Below are positions 1-9,059 of a DNA stretch of 64,000 nucleotides, one piece after another. The stretch covers positions 16,733 to 80,732 of the forward strand of contig JANLHP010000026.1 of the NCBI GenBank assembly GCA_024654445.1. The letters run 5' to 3'. This DNA comes from Candidatus Curtissbacteria bacterium. Its GTDB lineage: Bacteria > Patescibacteriota > Microgenomatia > Curtissbacterales > GWA2-41-24. Positions within the stretch are counted from its first letter, which is position 1. Each line of letters opens with the position of its first letter. A program made the position numbers and the translations under genes. A model generated the notes under the pieces. That model saw nothing but the letters and a program-made list of their open reading frames with translations, was not told where the DNA came from and made no database searches.

Positions 1-297
1 TTCCATATTGCCTACGGACCAACACCGAACCACCTTATTTGGGGCGTCGAGGTTAATGACTCAAACGCAAACAGCTACACCTTGAAAGATCTCCCAAATA
101 GCGATATTTCGGTTAGCGTAATTGCAAAAGCAAGCCAAGATTGTGGCGGACCTGCATCAGCCGTTGTAGGACAACCACAAGTACTCGGTGCAACAGGCAC
201 AGCTGAAAATTCACTTACATTTGGGCTCTCTTCCATGCTGATCGCCCTAGGTATATGGCAAACACAAAAATCTCTCGCCAAAAAAGCAAGAGTCTAA
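1..297 (+). CDS. 3' end of a surface protein (5'-partial) ending in a sortase-type sorting signal
   Basis: Frame 1 is open from position 1. The C-terminus reads ...QVLGATGTAENSLTFGLSSMLIALGIWQTQKSLAKKARV*, i.e. an LxxTG-like motif (LGATG), a hydrophobic stretch and a basic tail. A sortase gene follows immediately. Confidence 0.4.
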   Translation, partial: FHIAYGPTPNHLIWGVEVNDSNANSYTLKDLPNSDISVSVIAKASQDCGGPASAVVGQPQVLGATGTAENSLTFGLSSMLIALGIWQTQKSLAKKARV

Positions 298-824
298 ACC
301 CCCAATTACGCAGTTTTTCATTAGGAATATTGCTCATAACACTTGGAGCCTTGGTACTTTTGTGGAAAAGTTTGCCAGCTTTGCACATTCCAGCAACTCA
401 AGTACAACAAGAAGAAGCAAATGCCCAAATCAATCAGCCTCTTAAAATTTACGTCCCTAAAATTTCTAAGGTTCTAAACATTACTGACGGGTATGTGATT
501 GACAACCGCTGGACAATTTCCGAAAACGGAGTCTCCTTCTACACAAACTCAGCATCCCCAGGTGGGAGTGGTAATACTGTAATATACGGCCACAATCGCC
601 GCGATATTCTGGGCAATTTAGAAAAAGTAAAAACTGGAGATAGTGTTTATATCGTGCAGGCGAGCGGAAATTTTATTAAATACGAAATCACAGAAACCAA
701 AAAGGTAGAACCTCAACAAGTTGAAATACTCAATCAATCAGTCGAGCCAAAGCTAACAATTTACACCTGCAGCGGATACTTAGACCAAGCTAGATTTGTT
801 GTCATAGCAACCCCTGTGTCCTGA
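255..824 (+). CDS. sortase family transpeptidase (His-Cys-Arg triad), N-terminal TM anchor
   Basis: N-terminal hydrophobic segment FSLGILLITLGALVLLW. Motifs VIYGHN (His), KLTIYTCSGY (TLxTC-type catalytic Cys), QARFVV (Arg). The only ATG upstream of the TM is at 255, overlapping the upstream ORF end. Confidence 0.65.
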   Translation: MANTKISRQKSKSLNPQLRSFSLGILLITLGALVLLWKSLPALHIPATQVQQEEANAQINQPLKIYVPKISKVLNITDGYVIDNRWTISENGVSFYTNSASPGGSGNTVIYGHNRRDILGNLEKVKTGDSVYIVQASGNFIKYEITETKKVEPQQVEILNQSVEPKLTIYTCSGYLDQARFVVIATPVS

Positions 825-963
825 CAAACGCCCCCTTTCTTTAGGCCCGCAGTCTTCTTTTTCGAGTCTGCGAAGAAAAATAAGCCCTCTTACAATTCTC
901 TTACGACTTTTAAACCCGCCCCTCACCCTTTTCGGCTAACATATCGAGGCAGAGATCACAAGC

Positions 964-1419
964 ATGATTATGTACTCTAGATCGCCAAATCCCCAGGAGG
1001 TACAGTCCCCTATTCATATTGAAGCCTCCGCCGACCCTTTTTTCGAAAAGACTAAGGATGAATTTAGCCCAAACGAATTAATGTATTTAAGGGTATTAAG
1101 TGTAGGAGGTAATTTCTTTCAACAAAATCTGAATTTGAGAGACAATAGCTATAACCTTCTTAAAACCTTTTACTTAGAAAAAACCGCAGACAGTGAGTTT
1201 GTGACGGCATTCAAGGTTCCACAGGAAGAAGGATACTACGCGCTTGAAGCAAATCTGAAATCAGAAACATCTCAAGTCAAAGCTATAACAACAATCAAGG
1301 TAGGCAGAACAGAGACAATGGATACAACTTTTGATATAGACATAGACACAAATGACGGTGAAGACATTAGTGGATACGAGTCAATGGGTCACCAAACAAA
1401 GTACTTCTCGATACAATAG
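964..1419 (+). CDS. hypothetical protein, acidic C-terminus
   Basis: 151-aa ORF with GAGG upstream of ATG. No recognisable motifs. Confidence 0.3.
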   Translation: MIMYSRSPNPQEVQSPIHIEASADPFFEKTKDEFSPNELMYLRVLSVGGNFFQQNLNLRDNSYNLLKTFYLEKTADSEFVTAFKVPQEEGYYALEANLKSETSQVKAITTIKVGRTETMDTTFDIDIDTNDGEDISGYESMGHQTKYFSIQ

Positions 1420-1712
1420 TTGCAATCGGACAAAAATTGCTTATTATAACGTTTATTGCAAAGCTTTTAATTCCAGATTCTATACGCTCAAAATAGCTCA
1501 AACGTCCACGAACTTAATCATACTTAACCTAGCCTTGAAAATAGAAGATTCATACTAGCAACAGCCTCAACACTATAAGTCATTTTGAGGCTTGATTTTA
1601 AAGATTTATGTATGGTAAAATAAGCCCTTAAATCAAAAAGCTATAGGATAGCTTTAAGTCTGCTCCCATTACTGCCCGTTATCGCGGGGTTTATAAGCCC
1701 TTTTTTAGAAGC

Positions 1713-4700
1713 ATGATTAGCATTGTCGTACCTACGTACAACGAAAAATCGAATATAAAAAAGTTGCTTTCCAGAATCGAGAAGGCCATTCGAAGCCACC
1801 CTGAAGACGTAGATAAATACGAAATTGTAGTAATCGACGATAACTCAAAAGACGGCACTTGGGAAATCTTGCAAAGAGAAAAAAGCTCCAAAATTAAAGT
1901 ATTTAGAAAAGAAGGTAAACAGGGCAAAGCATATTCCCTAGTTGAAGGGTTCAAAAAGAGCTCCGGCAATATCTTGGTAATGATCGACGCGGACCTTCAA
2001 TATCCTCCAGAAGCCATACCCCAAATGTTAAAACTTTTAGATCATTCGGATATCGTAGTCGCTAATCGCGAAACGTACGAACACTCTAGGGTAAGAAAAA
2101 CACTGTCAAGAATTTATAAATACACCTTCGGGAAAATCCTATTTGGCCTAAGTTGCGATGTTCAATCTGGTCTGAAGGCTTTTAAGCGAGAAGTTTATCA
2201 CGCCACTACCCCCAACCCTAAATCTCCATGGTCGTTCGACCTTGAATTCTTGCACAAATCAAAAAACGCCGGCTTCACCATTAAAGGTTATGACATTGTC
2301 TTCGACAACCGAAAAACAGACGATTCAAAAATAGGCGTTCTAAGGGTTGGGACGGAGCTTGCGATCAATGCTCTAGTTTTGAGAACTAAAAACACACACC
2401 CTCTTACCATTCCTCCTAAACATGCGAACACAATGCATGGGGCAGGAGTAGGTTTTAAGTCACGAAAGTATGTGACCCATAGCACCTTGCCTCACTATAA
2501 TTCCGCGCTTCAAGGTTTTGTCCTTTGGCAAAAGCTGTTCATCCTAACCGCTTTTGTCGCTCTTGTTCTAGGCCTTTATCTGTCTTTGCACTTAACGGCC
2601 CTTATCATCATCGGCACACTCAGCGCGATTTACTTCTTAGACGTTCTGTTCAGCCTATTTTTGATAGTAAAGAGTTTACACTTTCCTCCGGAATTAACCA
2701 CAACGTCACAGGAAATAAACTCGTTAAAAAACAAAGATCTTCCAATTTACTCAATCCTTTGTCCTCTTTACAAAGAGGCGAATATCCTCCCTCAATTTTT
2801 GGACGCGATAGCAAATATCGACTGGCCAAAAGAAAAATTAGACGTTTTACTTCTTTTGGAAGAAGACGACCAAGAAACAGTTGAAGCGGTTAAAAAAATG
2901 GATCTGCCAAGTTACATACGTACTGTGGTAGTTCCAGACTCTCAACCTAAAACAAAACCCAAAGCCTGCAACTATGGATTGTCACTAGCAAAAGGAGAAT
3001 ACCTCGTAATTTACGACGCGGAGGACAGACCGGAGCCTTTTCAGCTTAAAAAGGCTTTTATCTCCTTCAAGAAAAACCCAAAAAACATAATTTGCCTGCA
3101 AGCAAAATTAAATTACTACAACCCTCACCAAAATCTTTTAACGAGATTGTTTACAGCCGAATACTCATTGTGGTTCGACGTAATTTTGCCAGGATTGCAA
3201 TCGATCAAAACGACAATTCCACTGGGAGGAACGAGTAATCACTTTAAGACGCCTCTTTTAAAAGAGCTTCACGGATGGGATCCGTTCAATGTAACAGAAG
3301 ACGCAGATCTTGGCGCGAGACTTTTTAAACACGGCTACAAAACCGCGATTATTGATTCGGTAACCCTAGAAGAAGCAAATAGCAGACCTAAAAATTGGTT
3401 GCGACAACGTTCACGTTGGATTAAAGGCTATTTCCAAACATACCTGGTACATATGCGAAACCCAATCGCATTTGTAAAAGAACACAAGTTCCACGCTTTG
3501 ATTTTCCAGTTAATTATTGGCGCACGCATATCGTTTATGCTGATTAACCCTTTCCTCTGGGCGCTGACGATCCTTTACTTCGTTATGAGAGCGCGAGTAG
3601 GGGCTGCCATAGAAGCTCTTTATCCTGCGCCGATTTTCTACATAGCAGTTATTTCTCTCGTTTTTGGAAACTTCATGTACATCTATAACTACATGATAGG
3701 CAGTGCTAAAAGAGGGCACTACGCCATAATAAAATACGTATTTTTGATTCCTGTCTACTGGTTAATGGCATCGGTTGCTTCATTCATCGCCCTTTATCAA
3801 CTTATCGTCAAACCTCACTACTGGGAAAAAACCGTTCACGGCTTCCATCTTGAAAAAGAAAACGATGAAAAATTAAAGCAACAAAAACCAGTAACTGAAC
3901 AAATACAAGCAGAAAAAAAAGAAATATCCAAACGTTTAAAATTCCGGGAACTTATTAAATCTGGAACTTTCTCTGGTGGCCTATTAGTTTCAGGAGCAAT
4001 AGTCGGCAATGTCTTGAATTTTGCATACAACGCGTATCTGGCTAGAACTGTTTCTACCGAAGACTTCGGACTTATAAGTCTTATAGGCAGCTTTCTATTT
4101 TTAACATCAATTCCTCTTAACGCGCTCGCTAGAACTGTATGTCACAAGAGTGCTTTTTACTTAGGCAAACACCAGATTGCCCTTAAAGGTTTCTGGGCCC
4201 ATACCAGAAAAAGAGCCATACTTGTTTCTCTCATCGTTACCACTTTATGGATTGCCCTAACACCTCTTCTTGCGAAGTTTTTTCATTCACCGTCCTATCT
4301 TCCTTTTATTCTATTTGCTCCAGTTTGGATTATAGGTGCGGCATCCGCAGTCGACGGAGGGTTTCTAAGCGGAAATTTGAAGTTTAAAGTTAACTCCTTA
4401 ATACTAGTTACAGACCCCCTCGTTAAACTAATATTAACCTTCGCTTTAATTACCTTAGGGTACCCTCACTTAGTTTATGCCGCAATACCTTTGGCTGTGT
4501 TTGCCTACTTTTTAATAGGATGGTTTTTTGCAAGTTCGATAAAAGAGGAAAGGCCAAACATAATCAGCCATGAGGCAACCCTAAAATTCCCAAGAGGATT
4601 CTTTGTGACATCAATTTTAATGGGTTTCACAACGATTGCCTTTTTGACTTTCGATATCATTCTCGCCAAACATTTTTTGGCTCCCGTGCTTGCCGGACAG

Positions 4701-6359
4701 TACGCGCTTATGGCGCTTTTTGGCAAAATGATTTATTTCGTAGGGAATCTTTTTAATCAGTTTATAAACCCCCTTGTTTCAAGAGAAGAAGGTGCAAGCA
4801 GAGACAGTAAAAAGGTATTTTATAAACTTTTTCTTGGATCGACCCTTGCAGGATTAGCAGCCTACATAGGTGTTGGAGTCTTAGGATTTATTACGGCGCC
4901 ACTTTTACTAGGAGAAAAAGCGCACGCAATAACTCATCTTCTGCCAGCTTATGGCATTGGAATGCTTGCTTTCTCTATTTCAACAAGTATCGTCACTTTC
5001 TATCAAATAAGAAAAAACTACATATTCGCTTACACCAGCATACTTTTGGCCTTTATCCAAATTGCCGGAATATATCTATTCCACGATTCGCTGGAACAGA
5101 TGGTTTCGGTGATGGCATTTATTGGCGGGCTCAACCTTGGAGCAATGCTGCTTTTACACTTTGCATATAAGCCATTTGCAGCAATTGTAAACAATCTTAA
5201 AAATCTCAAGAACACCCTTTCTCTCCAGAGAGAAGAATCCGAATCGGATGAGGGCAAACGCATTCTCATATTCAATTGGAGAGACACAAAACATGTTTGG
5301 GCCGGTGGAGCCGAAGTTTACGTACACGAATTATCAAAAAAAATGATCGAAAAAGGCTATCACGTCACCGTATTTTGCAGTAATGACCGCAAGTCGACTG
5401 CCAACGAATTTGTTGATGGAGTTGAAATCATTAGGCGAGGAGGCCACTATACTCTGTACATCTGGGCCTTTTTCTATTACATCACTAAACTTCGTGGAAA
5501 ATACGATCTTATCATCGACTCAGAAAACGGTATCCCATTCTTCACCCCTCTCTACGTAAGAAAGCCTCTAATCGGTCTCATTCACCATGTTCATCTAAAA
5601 GAAGTTTTCGACAGACATCTTCCATGGCCCTTGGCCAAACTGGCTCACTTTTTAGAATCAAAGGTTATGCCCATTGTTTACAGAAACACACAGATAGTTA
5701 CAGTCTCCAATTCTTCTAAAGAAGAGATAGAAAAACTTGGTTTAGGCAAAAAAATATCAATTGTAGTGATACATCCGGGCGTTGATCTTACCAAATTTAG
5801 AACGATGCAAAAAACCAAAGATCCTTCCATTGTTTACCTCGGAAGACTAAAGCCATACAAGTCTGTGGATAGGTTAATTACTGCTTTCTCCAAAATTTTA
5901 AAAGAGATACCCAATGCGACGCTCACGATTGCTGGCGACGGTGAAAGCAGGAAAGAACTTGAAATCCTGGCCAAGAGTCTTCGAATAGAAAAAGTCGTTA
6001 AATTTGTCGGCAAAGTTTCAGAACAAGCAAAAGTAGAACTTCTTGGAAAAGCTTGGATAGCTGCTCAACCCTCAAAAAGCGAAGGGTGGGGAATCACGGT
6101 AATCGAAGCAAATGCATGCGGAACACCTGTTATCGCATCCGATATTCCTGGGCTTCGAGACTCCGTTAAAAATCCCCACACCGGTTTATTGGTCACCTGG
6201 GACAATCAAGAAAAATGGGCGGAGGCTATGACTAAAGTTATTAAAGACGAACGCCTTAGAAAGGACTTATCAGAGCAATCGCTCGAATGGTCTAAAAACT
6301 TTAACTGGGAGAAAAATGCCGAACAATTAATAAAAGTTGCAAAGTTAAAAAATGAATAA
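1713..6359 (+). CDS. 1548-aa multidomain glycan synthase: Dpm1/GtrB-like GT2, TM linker, processive-type GT2 (DxD, TED, QxxRW), TM bundle, MOP/Wzx-like flippase domain, GT4
   Basis: aa1-230 VVPTYNE...IDDNSKDGT...IDADLQYPPE (polyprenol-P-sugar synthase signature). aa~340-600 YDAEDRPEP, VTEDADLG, QRSRWIKG (QxxRW). aa~740-1180 multi-TM region with Wzx/PST-like N-term (GNVLNFAYNAYLARTVSTEDFG...). aa~1190-1548 GT4 (EGWGITVIEANACGTPVIASDIPGLRDSV). Single uninterrupted ORF. Confidence 0.8.
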   Translation: MISIVVPTYNEKSNIKKLLSRIEKAIRSHPEDVDKYEIVVIDDNSKDGTWEILQREKSSKIKVFRKEGKQGKAYSLVEGFKKSSGNILVMIDADLQYPPEAIPQMLKLLDHSDIVVANRETYEHSRVRKTLSRIYKYTFGKILFGLSCDVQSGLKAFKREVYHATTPNPKSPWSFDLEFLHKSKNAGFTIKGYDIVFDNRKTDDSKIGVLRVGTELAINALVLRTKNTHPLTIPPKHANTMHGAGVGFKSRKYVTHSTLPHYNSALQGFVLWQKLFILTAFVALVLGLYLSLHLTALIIIGTLSAIYFLDVLFSLFLIVKSLHFPPELTTTSQEINSLKNKDLPIYSILCPLYKEANILPQFLDAIANIDWPKEKLDVLLLLEEDDQETVEAVKKMDLPSYIRTVVVPDSQPKTKPKACNYGLSLAKGEYLVIYDAEDRPEPFQLKKAFISFKKNPKNIICLQAKLNYYNPHQNLLTRLFTAEYSLWFDVILPGLQSIKTTIPLGGTSNHFKTPLLKELHGWDPFNVTEDADLGARLFKHGYKTAIIDSVTLEEANSRPKNWLRQRSRWIKGYFQTYLVHMRNPIAFVKEHKFHALIFQLIIGARISFMLINPFLWALTILYFVMRARVGAAIEALYPAPIFYIAVISLVFGNFMYIYNYMIGSAKRGHYAIIKYVFLIPVYWLMASVASFIALYQLIVKPHYWEKTVHGFHLEKENDEKLKQQKPVTEQIQAEKKEISKRLKFRELIKSGTFSGGLLVSGAIVGNVLNFAYNAYLARTVSTEDFGLISLIGSFLFLTSIPLNALARTVCHKSAFYLGKHQIALKGFWAHTRKRAILVSLIVTTLWIALTPLLAKFFHSPSYLPFILFAPVWIIGAASAVDGGFLSGNLKFKVNSLILVTDPLVKLILTFALITLGYPHLVYAAIPLAVFAYFLIGWFFASSIKEERPNIISHEATLKFPRGFFVTSILMGFTTIAFLTFDIILAKHFLAPVLAGQYALMALFGKMIYFVGNLFNQFINPLVSREEGASRDSKKVFYKLFLGSTLAGLAAYIGVGVLGFITAPLLLGEKAHAITHLLPAYGIGMLAFSISTSIVTFYQIRKNYIFAYTSILLAFIQIAGIYLFHDSLEQMVSVMAFIGGLNLGAMLLLHFAYKPFAAIVNNLKNLKNTLSLQREESESDEGKRILIFNWRDTKHVWAGGAEVYVHELSKKMIEKGYHVTVFCSNDRKSTANEFVDGVEIIRRGGHYTLYIWAFFYYITKLRGKYDLIIDSENGIPFFTPLYVRKPLIGLIHHVHLKEVFDRHLPWPLAKLAHFLESKVMPIVYRNTQIVTVSNSSKEEIEKLGLGKKISIVVIHPGVDLTKFRTMQKTKDPSIVYLGRLKPYKSVDRLITAFSKILKEIPNATLTIAGDGESRKELEILAKSLRIEKVVKFVGKVSEQAKVELLGKAWIAAQPSKSEGWGITVIEANACGTPVIASDIPGLRDSVKNPHTGLLVTWDNQEKWAEAMTKVIKDERLRKDLSEQSLEWSKNFNWEKNAEQLIKVAKLKNE

Positions 6360-7962
6360 AACAAATTTGAATATTGTTATTTTTGATTTAGACGATATTA
6401 AAAACCCCCTTCTTGGAGGAGGTCAAGCATGGGCTACTTTTGAAGTCGGAAGACGGTTAGCACAAAACGGTCACAAAGTTACTGTAATCTCTTCAAAATA
6501 CCCAAATTACAAAGACAGAACTCAAGAAGGCATTGACTATAAACATATAGGCATCAATACCAAATTTATAAAGTTAAATAACCTTTTATACCTTTTTGCT
6601 GCACCCCTTTATGCTATGAAGACCAAGGCGGACATAATCGTCGAGTGTTTTACTGCACCAGTATCAACACTTTTTACACCTCTTTTTACCAGAACCCCTG
6701 TTGTCGCTTTGCCCAGTATGTTCAACGCCCATGAATTTACCAAAAAATACCACTTACCTTTTCATCTGGTAGAGAGACTAGGAGCCAGATTCTACAAGTA
6801 TCTCTTGCCATATTCAGAAATTGACAGCTCTAAAATGAAAAAACTTAATCCAGGCATCAACTTTAAAATTGTCCCCCAGGGAGTTGCTAAAGAATACTTT
6901 GCGATCAAACAAAGAAAACCGGAACACATCCTTTTCTTAAGTAGATTAGATATTGAGCAAAAAGGTGTCGACCTTTTGCTGATGGCCTACGCTAAAGTTA
7001 GTTCAAAAATAAAATACCCACTTGTTATAGCTGGCCACGGCCCTGACGAGAAAAAAATTAGAGCCTTAATTAAAAAACTTGGCTTACAAAATAAAGTAAA
7101 AATGGTAGGCGCAGCTTACGGCAAAAAGAAATTCGATTTAATGGCCAAGGCACTCTTCGTAGCTTTCCCATCAAGACATGATGAAATGTGTCTCTGGTCC
7201 CTCGAGGCTCTAGCCGGAGGGTTGCCCCTCGTTGGTTTTAATCTACCGGAATCTAAATGGATGACTAAAGATATATCCCTGAAATCTAAAAGATTCAATG
7301 TGGACGAATACGCGTCCACATTACTCGAAGCGACTGATCCTGGCGTAATTGATCAGATGAGGACAAACGCAAGAACTTTTGCAAGAAAATTTAGCTGGGA
7401 AAAAGTTACAGCAGAATATGAATCGTTTTTTTATCAAATTTTAGAAAACGAGGGAACAGTAAAAGTACCAACACTTATCTCATACGAAAGACATATTCCG
7501 AAGATTTCGGATGAGGGCTTTCTTAGTTTTGCAGAAAGTAAAAAACATATACCTTTTAACATCAAACGCTTCTATTACATCACAGATGTCCAAAGGGGAA
7601 AAATAAGAGGAATGCACGCGCACAGAAAAAACCGTCAATTCGCGTTCTGTATTCAAGGAAAGGTAAAAATGACTCTCGACGACGGGTCAAGAAGAGAAGA
7701 AGTTATTTTGAACAAATCGAACCAGGGGCTTTATCTGGACAAAATGGTCTGGCACGAGATGACGGAATTTGAAAAAGGAACAACACTTTTAGTTATTGCA
7801 TCAGAATATTTTGAAAAAAAAGATTACATCAGAAACTATCAAGAGTTTAAACAGCTGGTTGAAAAGAAACATTTCAACCTCGGCATGGATGTTAGAGAAT
7901 TTGCGTCTTACCTTCTAAAATTACCGCTTGCTGCAAATCCAATCCCTTGGAGGATCAGATAA
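6352..7962 (+). CDS. GT4 glycosyltransferase fused to C-terminal FdtA/WxcM-like cupin domain (dTDP-4-keto-6-deoxyhexose 3,4-ketoisomerase-like)
   Basis: GT4 N-term and C-term motifs (LLGGGQAWATFEVGRRLAQNGHKV; FVAFPSRHDEMCLWSLEALAGGLPLVG). C-terminal ~150 aa: FNIKRFYYITDVQRGKIRGMHAHRKNRQFAFCIQGKVKMTLDDG...LYLDKMVWHEMTEF...LLVIASEYFEKKDYIRNYQEF, matching the FdtA/WxcM pattern. Overlaps upstream gene by 8 nt. Confidence 0.7.
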   Translation: MNKTNLNIVIFDLDDIKNPLLGGGQAWATFEVGRRLAQNGHKVTVISSKYPNYKDRTQEGIDYKHIGINTKFIKLNNLLYLFAAPLYAMKTKADIIVECFTAPVSTLFTPLFTRTPVVALPSMFNAHEFTKKYHLPFHLVERLGARFYKYLLPYSEIDSSKMKKLNPGINFKIVPQGVAKEYFAIKQRKPEHILFLSRLDIEQKGVDLLLMAYAKVSSKIKYPLVIAGHGPDEKKIRALIKKLGLQNKVKMVGAAYGKKKFDLMAKALFVAFPSRHDEMCLWSLEALAGGLPLVGFNLPESKWMTKDISLKSKRFNVDEYASTLLEATDPGVIDQMRTNARTFARKFSWEKVTAEYESFFYQILENEGTVKVPTLISYERHIPKISDEGFLSFAESKKHIPFNIKRFYYITDVQRGKIRGMHAHRKNRQFAFCIQGKVKMTLDDGSRREEVILNKSNQGLYLDKMVWHEMTEFEKGTTLLVIASEYFEKKDYIRNYQEFKQLVEKKHFNLGMDVREFASYLLKLPLAANPIPWRIR

Positions 7963-9059
7963 TGATACACATGACTACTTTCCAGAAAGAATACATCAGT
8001 CTTGAACCTATATTAATGAGTGCGGCCCGGAACACTCTTAAAAGCGGCCGCTACATATTAGGTAAAAATGTTGAAAAGTTTGAAAAGGACTTCGCCAAGT
8101 TCATAGGAACAAAATATTGCGTCGGCGTTGCAAATGGTTTGGAAGCATTACAGATATCTTTGATGGCGCAAGGAATAGGCAAAGAAGACGAAGTTATAAC
8201 AGTTTCAAATACCGCCGTAGCTACTGTCCTCGCGATAACTAACGTTGGCGCGACTCCAGTACTTATCGATATAGATGAGTATTACCACATGGACGTGGAT
8301 CTTTTAGAGAAAACCATCACACGAAAGACGAAAGCCATAATTCCAGTTCATTTATTTGGTCAATTAGCAGACATTGAAACAATCATAAAAATCGCAAAAA
8401 AACACAATTTAAAAGTTGTCGAAGATGCCTGTCAAGCTCACGGTGCCTCTTACAAAAACAAAAAGGCGGGTTCGTTTGGAGATGTTGCAGCTTTCAGTTT
8501 TTATCCAACTAAAAACCTCGGGGCTTACGGAGACGCGGGAGCAATAACAACGAATTCTAAAAAAATATACGAAAAATGCAAAATGATTCGAAATTACGGC
8601 CAAAAAAACAGATACGAGCATAAAATTTTGGGCCTTAATAGCAGACTTGACGAACTTCAAGCAGCATTTCTTATAGAGAAGCTCAAAAAATTAAATGCTT
8701 TGAATAAAAGAAGGACGCAAGTTGCCAAGCTCTATTTTAATCAACTTAAAAATATAAAAGGAGTGACACTCCCGGCAATCAGACAAGATTCTTTCCATTG
8801 TTTTCATCAATTTGTGATAGAAGCTCAAGACCGCAAAAATCTTATCGACTTTCTAAAAAGTAGAGGCGTGGAAACCTTAATACATTATCCAATTCCGGTA
8901 CATAAACAAAAATCATATAAGAATTACAACGGAATAAATCTTCCAAAAACTGAAAAAGCCGTAAAGAAAATTTTGTCTTTACCAATTAGTCCCTTTATGG
9001 CTGACAAAGAAGTCATAAAAGTATGCACTGAAATCAAAAACTTTTACAGATCAAAATGA
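7962..9059 (+). CDS. DegT/DnrJ/EryC1/StrS-family PLP-dependent nucleotide-sugar aminotransferase (FdtB-like)
   Basis: FSFYPTKNLGAYGDAGAITTN and ...NSRLDELQAAFL. GGAGG 8 nt upstream of ATG at 7962, which overlaps the upstream TAA (TAATG). The ORF-track start at 7947 is a TTG. Confidence 0.8.
   Translation: MIHMTTFQKEYISLEPILMSAARNTLKSGRYILGKNVEKFEKDFAKFIGTKYCVGVANGLEALQISLMAQGIGKEDEVITVSNTAVATVLAITNVGATPVLIDIDEYYHMDVDLLEKTITRKTKAIIPVHLFGQLADIETIIKIAKKHNLKVVEDACQAHGASYKNKKAGSFGDVAAFSFYPTKNLGAYGDAGAITTNSKKIYEKCKMIRNYGQKNRYEHKILGLNSRLDELQAAFLIEKLKKLNALNKRRTQVAKLYFNQLKNIKGVTLPAIRQDSFHCFHQFVIEAQDRKNLIDFLKSRGVETLIHYPIPVHKQKSYKNYNGINLPKTEKAVKKILSLPISPFMADKEVIKVCTEIKNFYRSK

Noticed and set aside
1562-1600. 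Hairpin gcctcaa-(14 nt)-ttgaggc followed by a T-rich tract as terminator of ORF 964-1419
   Set aside because: Loop too large and 140 nt from the stop codon. Weak, so not listed as a feature.
1691-5287. Short minus-strand ORFs (1691-1969, 2288-2485, 3510-3719, 3836-4030, 4505-4726, 5030-5287) and the plus-strand 2525-2884 ORF inside the 1548-aa gene
   Set aside because: Fully embedded in or antisense to a long motif-rich CDS with no independent signals. Treated as shadow ORFs.
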